64,000 nucleotides of DNA from Callorhinchus milii (Eukaryota). This document shows, piece after piece, positions 63,921 through 64,000 of this stretch (positions within the stretch are counted from its first letter, which is position 1; the number at the start of each line of letters is the position of its first letter). The stretch spans positions 89,158,001-89,222,000 of the forward strand of contig NW_024704742.1 in the NCBI RefSeq assembly GCF_018977255.1, in the 5' to 3' direction. Made by a program: the position numbers and the translations under genes. The notes under the pieces were generated by a model that worked only from the letters and a program-made list of their open reading frames with translations, was not told the origin of the DNA and did no database searches.

Positions 63921-64000
63921 GTAGGTGAACGCAGCAGACAATTTTCACACATCATTTTCCCACACGCGGGCATAAAGTCAACAATCAATTTTATTTGGGA

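Overview
Vertebrate non-coding DNA (AT-rich, CpG-poor), dense with retroposons. The repeat content is L2 LINEs ending in (TTG)n, CR1 3' fragments, tRNA-headed Deu-domain SINEs and a younger tRNA-Ala-headed SINE with an L2-type tail. This points to a cartilaginous fish, probably a chimaera (inference only). I recognise no host protein-coding gene: the long ORFs in the track are decayed L2/CR1 ORF2 pieces or read-throughs of SINEs and simple repeats. The window is most likely a large intron or intergenic region. Notable observations: (1) an 88-bp Penelope-type insertion with a perfect 14-bp target-site duplication and a minimal hammerhead ribozyme core (44803-44890); (2) an isolated exact 39-nt piece of U2 snRNA joined to unexplained sequence (28144); (3) SINE families sharing one 3' body and L2 tail but with different heads and central domains; (4) nested and inverted L2 insertions; (5) several degenerate palindromes; (6) minus-strand exon-like segments that may belong to a spliced non-coding transcript. 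Family names come from recalled consensus motifs, not database searches, and repeat boundaries are approximate.
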